Shown piece by piece: positions 63,471 through 64,000 of a stretch of DNA of 64,000 nucleotides. The number at the start of each line of letters is the position of its first letter. The stretch's first letter is position 1. The notes under the pieces were generated by a model. That model made no database searches. It had not been told where the DNA came from and worked only from the letters and a program-made list of their open reading frames with translations. The stretch is from assembly GCF_963921235.1 (NCBI RefSeq), contig NC_086097.1, positions 38,132,001 through 38,196,000 of the forward strand, given 5' to 3'. Both the position numbers and the translations under genes were made by a program. This DNA is from Mobula hypostoma. Its lineage: Eukaryota.

Positions 63471-64000
63471 TGGTAAGATGGTGGCGCGGTCAGACGTAGC
63501 AGCCTTTCTGGGTCCAGTCAAAAGTGTATTTGTTCGTCTTGTACATCCTTTTTTTTTAATGATTGAAAATCACCGCTGGATATGAAGAATATCAAGTACT
63601 GCAAGACCCGTCAGCAAGTTATTGATAGCGCTAGAGCTGGACTTATTGCATACTGTTCTTGAGTGCTGTTGGACACTGCATGGTCCAAAAAAAGGTGCCA
63701 GTGATTACCCTGAATGTTTTTATTCTGATCGCAAGACCCTGTTGGACATTGGTAACGTAGAACAGTGCAAATCCAGTTCACAGTTGAGACTGGGAGCGGG
63801 GAAGCTGTGTTGCCTCAGTCGTGGTGAGAACTCAGTCTCGGCTGTTCCCATCAGTCCTACCATCTAAGAAATCAGTCTGTTGTATCATCTTGTGCTCCTC
63901 CTTTGCTCAGGTAGGAACTAAATTGCACACACAACTCCAGATACGTTCACGTAAGATCCTGTGTGATTGAAGTAAGACATCCTTGCTCTCGTACTCAAAG

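Noticed and set aside
63911..63950. Possible 40-bp exon (ctcag...gtaaga)
   Set aside because: Splice-like motifs only; no recognisable peptide or partner exons.

Overview
This is repeat-rich vertebrate genomic DNA. The mix of abundant CR1 LINEs, V-domain SINEs, Rex1, L1 and Penelope elements suggests a cartilaginous fish (inference). The only host gene I can support is reticulon-1 (RTN1, + strand). Its last six coding exons (208/139/70/47/59 bp plus a 43-bp terminal coding part, 28946-42923) splice in frame into a complete reticulon homology domain; the 5' exons were not found in the window. The ORF track misses the gene. Nearly all listed ORFs are fragments or antisense shadows of decayed transposons: CR1, Rex1/Babar, a near full-length L1, two Penelope-like (PLE) families, a chromoviral Gypsy element, a solo LTR, and Tc1 and hAT derivatives. 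The most interesting signal is a family of about 75-200 bp insertions with 9-16 bp target-site duplications (TSDs). They carry a minimal type I hammerhead-ribozyme-like core (CAGUC-CUGANGA-A-stem II-GAAA-CGUC-GACUG) and match the 3' terminus of a Penelope element in the same window. Exon and TSD coordinates were read base by base; boundaries of decayed repeats are approximate. No database search or RNA folding was run.
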